A stretch of DNA of 63,424 nt, filler included. It is 19 parts of 19 records of this genome, joined end to end, with 100 filler letters (N's around TTAATTAATTAA, not from the genome) between each part and the next. Parts side by side here need not be neighbours in the genome. Positions count along the whole stretch, not along the records: positions 60,070 to 63,424 come from SRR16133337_63664; 18 more parts are not named here. One strand, written 5' to 3'. The translations under genes and the position numbers were made by a program. The notes beneath the pieces were generated by a model, which saw only the letters and a program-made list of their open reading frames with translations, was not told the origin of the DNA and made no database searches. Positions 60,223 through 63,424 of the stretch are shown here, in pieces (position 1 is the first letter of the stretch; the number at the start of each line of letters is the position of its first letter).

Positions 60223-63200
60223 ATGGCATCACTGCAGAAGAACAGTGTTGAGGGCGGTGCTACAGCAACCCCTCCACCAGGTTCTCAGACTACTCTACCT
60301 ACTCCACCAGGTCAACAGGCTATCAACATACAGGCAGGTATAAATGAGGAAGCCATATTTTTTGGTAACCCCATCTATAAAAAACAATATCATATAACTA
60401 CTAAGACTTTAAATAAGGTAACTAATTGTGAATCAAGAATATGGTTTTTACAACAATGTGTCAATTTAAAAATACTCCCAAATAATTCAAAGATCAAGTT
60501 AGACCATGGTCCACGATTCTCCCAAAATGCCTCAAAGCAATTTTCAGACAATTTACATTTCATTAGTTTTGAAAATTTAAAATTAGGACTGTCTGAAGAA
60601 CGTCGCCACTTGAAAAAATGTAAGGTCAATTTAAGGAAAAGTAAAATTGAAATTCATAAGTTAGTTAAGGAACCAGAATTGCATCTTTTTATTGAAGAGA
60701 GACTCTCCAAAGATAAGGAAAATTTGTCAAAGCAGATTTCAAACAAGCACAAACAAAAAATTATATTCCTTTTAAAAAAAGAAAAACGAAATGTACCATC
60801 TTTTTTAACCAATGAAACGAGCGAGAACAGACAACCCAAAAGAAAGAACAACAGAAAATACATTGAGCGAAAACGGTATAGGAAAAAACGAAAAGAAATT
60901 GACAAGGCTTTAAAAGCATCCTTAGTCACAAATTACAGTGACATTGAAATTACCAAAGATATGCAGAGTTTATTAGGTAAGGGCTTAAGCTATGTACCCA
61001 CCCCCAAGTCAGTAAATACAACACAGGTTGTGGCGGGTTTTGAGAGGATGGGGAGGGCAATGAAATGGAGAGAGCACTTTCACAAGGAACCCACCCCAGA
61101 GGGAAATGATGGTATAGATCCCCCCAATTTAGATAGGAGAAAGCCATGGACCCCCCAAAAATACAGTTTGCCTAAAGGAGCCCCAACAAAAGAACTCCAG
61201 GACTTTATTACAGGTACAATGAACTGCACCCTAGGTAGTGAATTAAGGAAGGTAAATTGTAATCTCTCCAAAAATGAACAAAAAGAAATGAAAAACTTAG
61301 TAAATAAACAAAAAAATAGGGAGATTACAATTAAGCCAACAGATAAAACCGGAGGCATTGCTGTATTGAAAACTGAGGACTACATCACTGGAATGGAGGT
61401 CATTCTAAATGCTACACACAGGGATGAACATGGTGTTGATCACAAATATTTCCAACACTTAGGACATATTGAGGGTGATCAACACCAGTTCAATCATCTT
61501 GAAGAGCTTAAGGGCGAGGTCAATAAGGCGAAGGATAATAGAGTTATTACAGAGGAGATTGCTAAATGGCTTGTACCGGATACCTATGAACCAGGGAGAG
61601 CTTATGGACTGGTAAAAGATCACGTGGATCCAAACAAATGGCCAGAGGGAAGTAAAATCCCTCCAATGCGACCTGTGGTGTCAGGATCAGGTACAACCTT
61701 TGAACATGCTTCAGAATTTGTTGACTGGCACTCAAATCATCTAGTAGAAGGGTTAGAGAGCTATGTTCGTGATACCCCCCATATGCTAAGGATCTTAGAG
61801 GAGGAGAACACCAAGGGCCCTCTCCCCCCCAACTCCATACCTGTCACCTTAGATGTAACAGCCCTATACACCAACATACCTGTCAATGATGGTTTAAATG
61901 TTTTTGAGAAATTCCTCAATATTCGCCAGGATAAATCTGTTCCAACCTCCTTTTTAATGACTTTACTTAAATATATTTTAACATGCAACATTTTTGTATT
62001 TAACAATAATTTTTATTGGCAAAAGATTGGTACTAGTATGGGAAGTAAAGTTGCACCCACCTATGCATGTTTATTTATGGGGGCTTTAGAGGCAGTAACA
62101 CTCACCAATTGGAAAGGAATTCAACCCTTACTGTACAAAAGGTATATTGATGATATCTTTTTTATTTGGTCGGGATCAAAAGCTGAACTTGAAGACTTTA
62201 TTAAACACATGAATACTGCACATCCCTTTTTAAAATTTAAAGCAAACTTTGATTTTTTAAGTAAGAAAGTAGAGTTTCTAGACACTATTATTTCAATTAC
62301 TGAACAAGGTTTTCTGAAAACAGATTTATACACTAAACCAGGCAAAAAGAATTCAATTCTACATTATGATAGCAGTCACCCATTTCACATCCTTATGAAT
62401 ATTCCATACTCCCTGGCACTGAGAGTCAAAAGAATCTGCTCAGATGTACAAGATTTTATGCGTCACTTAGATATATTAAAGGTGGATCTTCTATCTAGGG
62501 GATACAAAAAAAACTACATTACAAAAGCTTTTGAAAAAGTAATTCCCCTAGATAGAAAATCTGCCTTAAAAAAAGTAGATAAAAAAATATTAAATAGGAC
62601 AGTCCTTTCTTTACAATATGATCCAAGACTTCCAAATATTTCAAACATTTTAAAGAATTTTTGGAAAGTTATGACAAAAAATCCCCGTCTAAAAGAAATA
62701 TTCCCCTCCCCTCCAATGATAACATGGACCCGCCCAAAGAATTTAAAAGATTATTTGATCAAAGCCAAATTACCAAAAGAAAATCCAAATAGAAGGTCTG
62801 AAAGAAACAAGTCTGGATTTAAACATTGTAGAAAGGACTGTAATATGTGTAAATTTTCTCCAAATTTTGCTAATTATGTAACTTGCTCTAAAACCAAGGA
62901 AAAGATAGAGATAAAAACAAATTTGGATTGTACTTCGTCTAACATAATCTATTGTATTACATGTAAAAAAGATACTGGACCATGTAGCATTTTAAATCCG
63001 CAATATATTGGCGAAAGTTCTAGATCAATTTCACGTCGTTTCAATGAACATAATTCTTCAATTAAACCAGGTGCAACCAAAGCAATAGGCAAACATTTTT
63101 CGGAAAATGGACATGAAAAAAAAGACATGTGCATTGTACCATTTGAGCAAATAAAAAGTAAAGATCCTTGGATAAGAATAGCCCGTGAAAAACATTTTAT

Positions 63201-63240
63201 TAAACTATTTGATGCCACTCTAAATGTAAAAATGAATTAG
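60223..63240 (+). mobile_element. Penelope-like retroelement, uninterrupted ORF of about 1005 aa (RT + GIY-YIG)
   Basis: LGKGLSYVPTP, IKPTDKTGG, MRPVVSG, LDVTALYTNIP, GTSMGSKVAP, RYIDD, EFLD, NIIYCITC...YIGES. Confidence 0.96.
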
Positions 63241-63267
63241 GTAGATTTGTCAAATATATTTTGTTTC

Positions 63268-63417
63268 AACTTGCAATTACAATATCTTTTTTTTAAAACA
63301 GAGAATGTTTTATTATATCACATCAACAAATTTCATTGCAACATCCAAGTCCATTCACCCTTCTTTAAACCAAATTAGCCCCCCTCCCCCTCAAACTTGC
63401 AATTACAATATCTTTTT
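63268..63417 (+). repeat. 24-bp direct repeat in the Penelope 3' region (63268-63291 and 63394-63417)
   Basis: AACTTGCAATTACAATATCTTTTT occurs twice. Confidence 0.85.
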
Positions 63418-63424
63418 AAAAATG

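Noticed and set aside
3119-63218. Many 60-150-aa ORFs antisense to or overlapping the real genes (e.g. 12291-12743, 52037-52417, 47913-48269)
   Set aside because: Shadow frames of well-supported genes with no motifs of their own.
46328-63240. Reverse transcriptases as a bacterial retron, DGR or defence RT next to the ABC-3C operon
   Set aside because: Motifs and domain partners (DIRS-type RNase H + YR; GIY-YIG) are those of eukaryotic retroelements, and they lie on separate contigs.
57101-63424. Hammerhead ribozymes, pseudo-LTRs or selenocysteine readthrough in the Penelope elements
   Set aside because: I found no CTGAnGA..GAAA core in the short visible flanks and both ORFs have no in-frame TGA.

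Overview
This window is not one locus. It is 19 short contigs joined by 18 artificial 100-bp linkers (N44-TTAATTAATTAA-N44, stops in all six frames). Eight contigs are from an AT-rich Flavobacteriaceae (Bacteroidota) bacterium: panC/glycogen synthase-like/glmS; hemA-C-D-B with a downstream defence islet (GmrSD, XRE regulator, R-M fragment); a polysaccharide cluster; an RND exporter locus; ruvA-sprA; rnr-tatA; an ABC three-component/Lamassu-type operon; and sprE-bactofilin-atpZ. These contigs carry Bacteroidota TAnnTTTG promoter boxes and signs of gene erosion (deleted pseudogenes, recurrent IS-end-like scars). The other eleven contigs look eukaryotic: a spliced mitochondrial-type ALDH, a spliced VWA plus toxin-like gene, two Penelope-like elements, a DIRS/Ngaro tyrosine-recombinase retrotransposon, a degenerate initiator tRNA, and noncoding DNA. 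The best candidate for a new system is the ABC-3C/Lamassu-like operon. It starts with an unannotated 57-aa membrane protein whose C-terminal motif (STGYQxxRDINI) recurs at the N-terminus of the next, effector-less subunit, an arrangement typical of amyloid-templated signalling. All family assignments come from motif recognition by eye; no searches were run.
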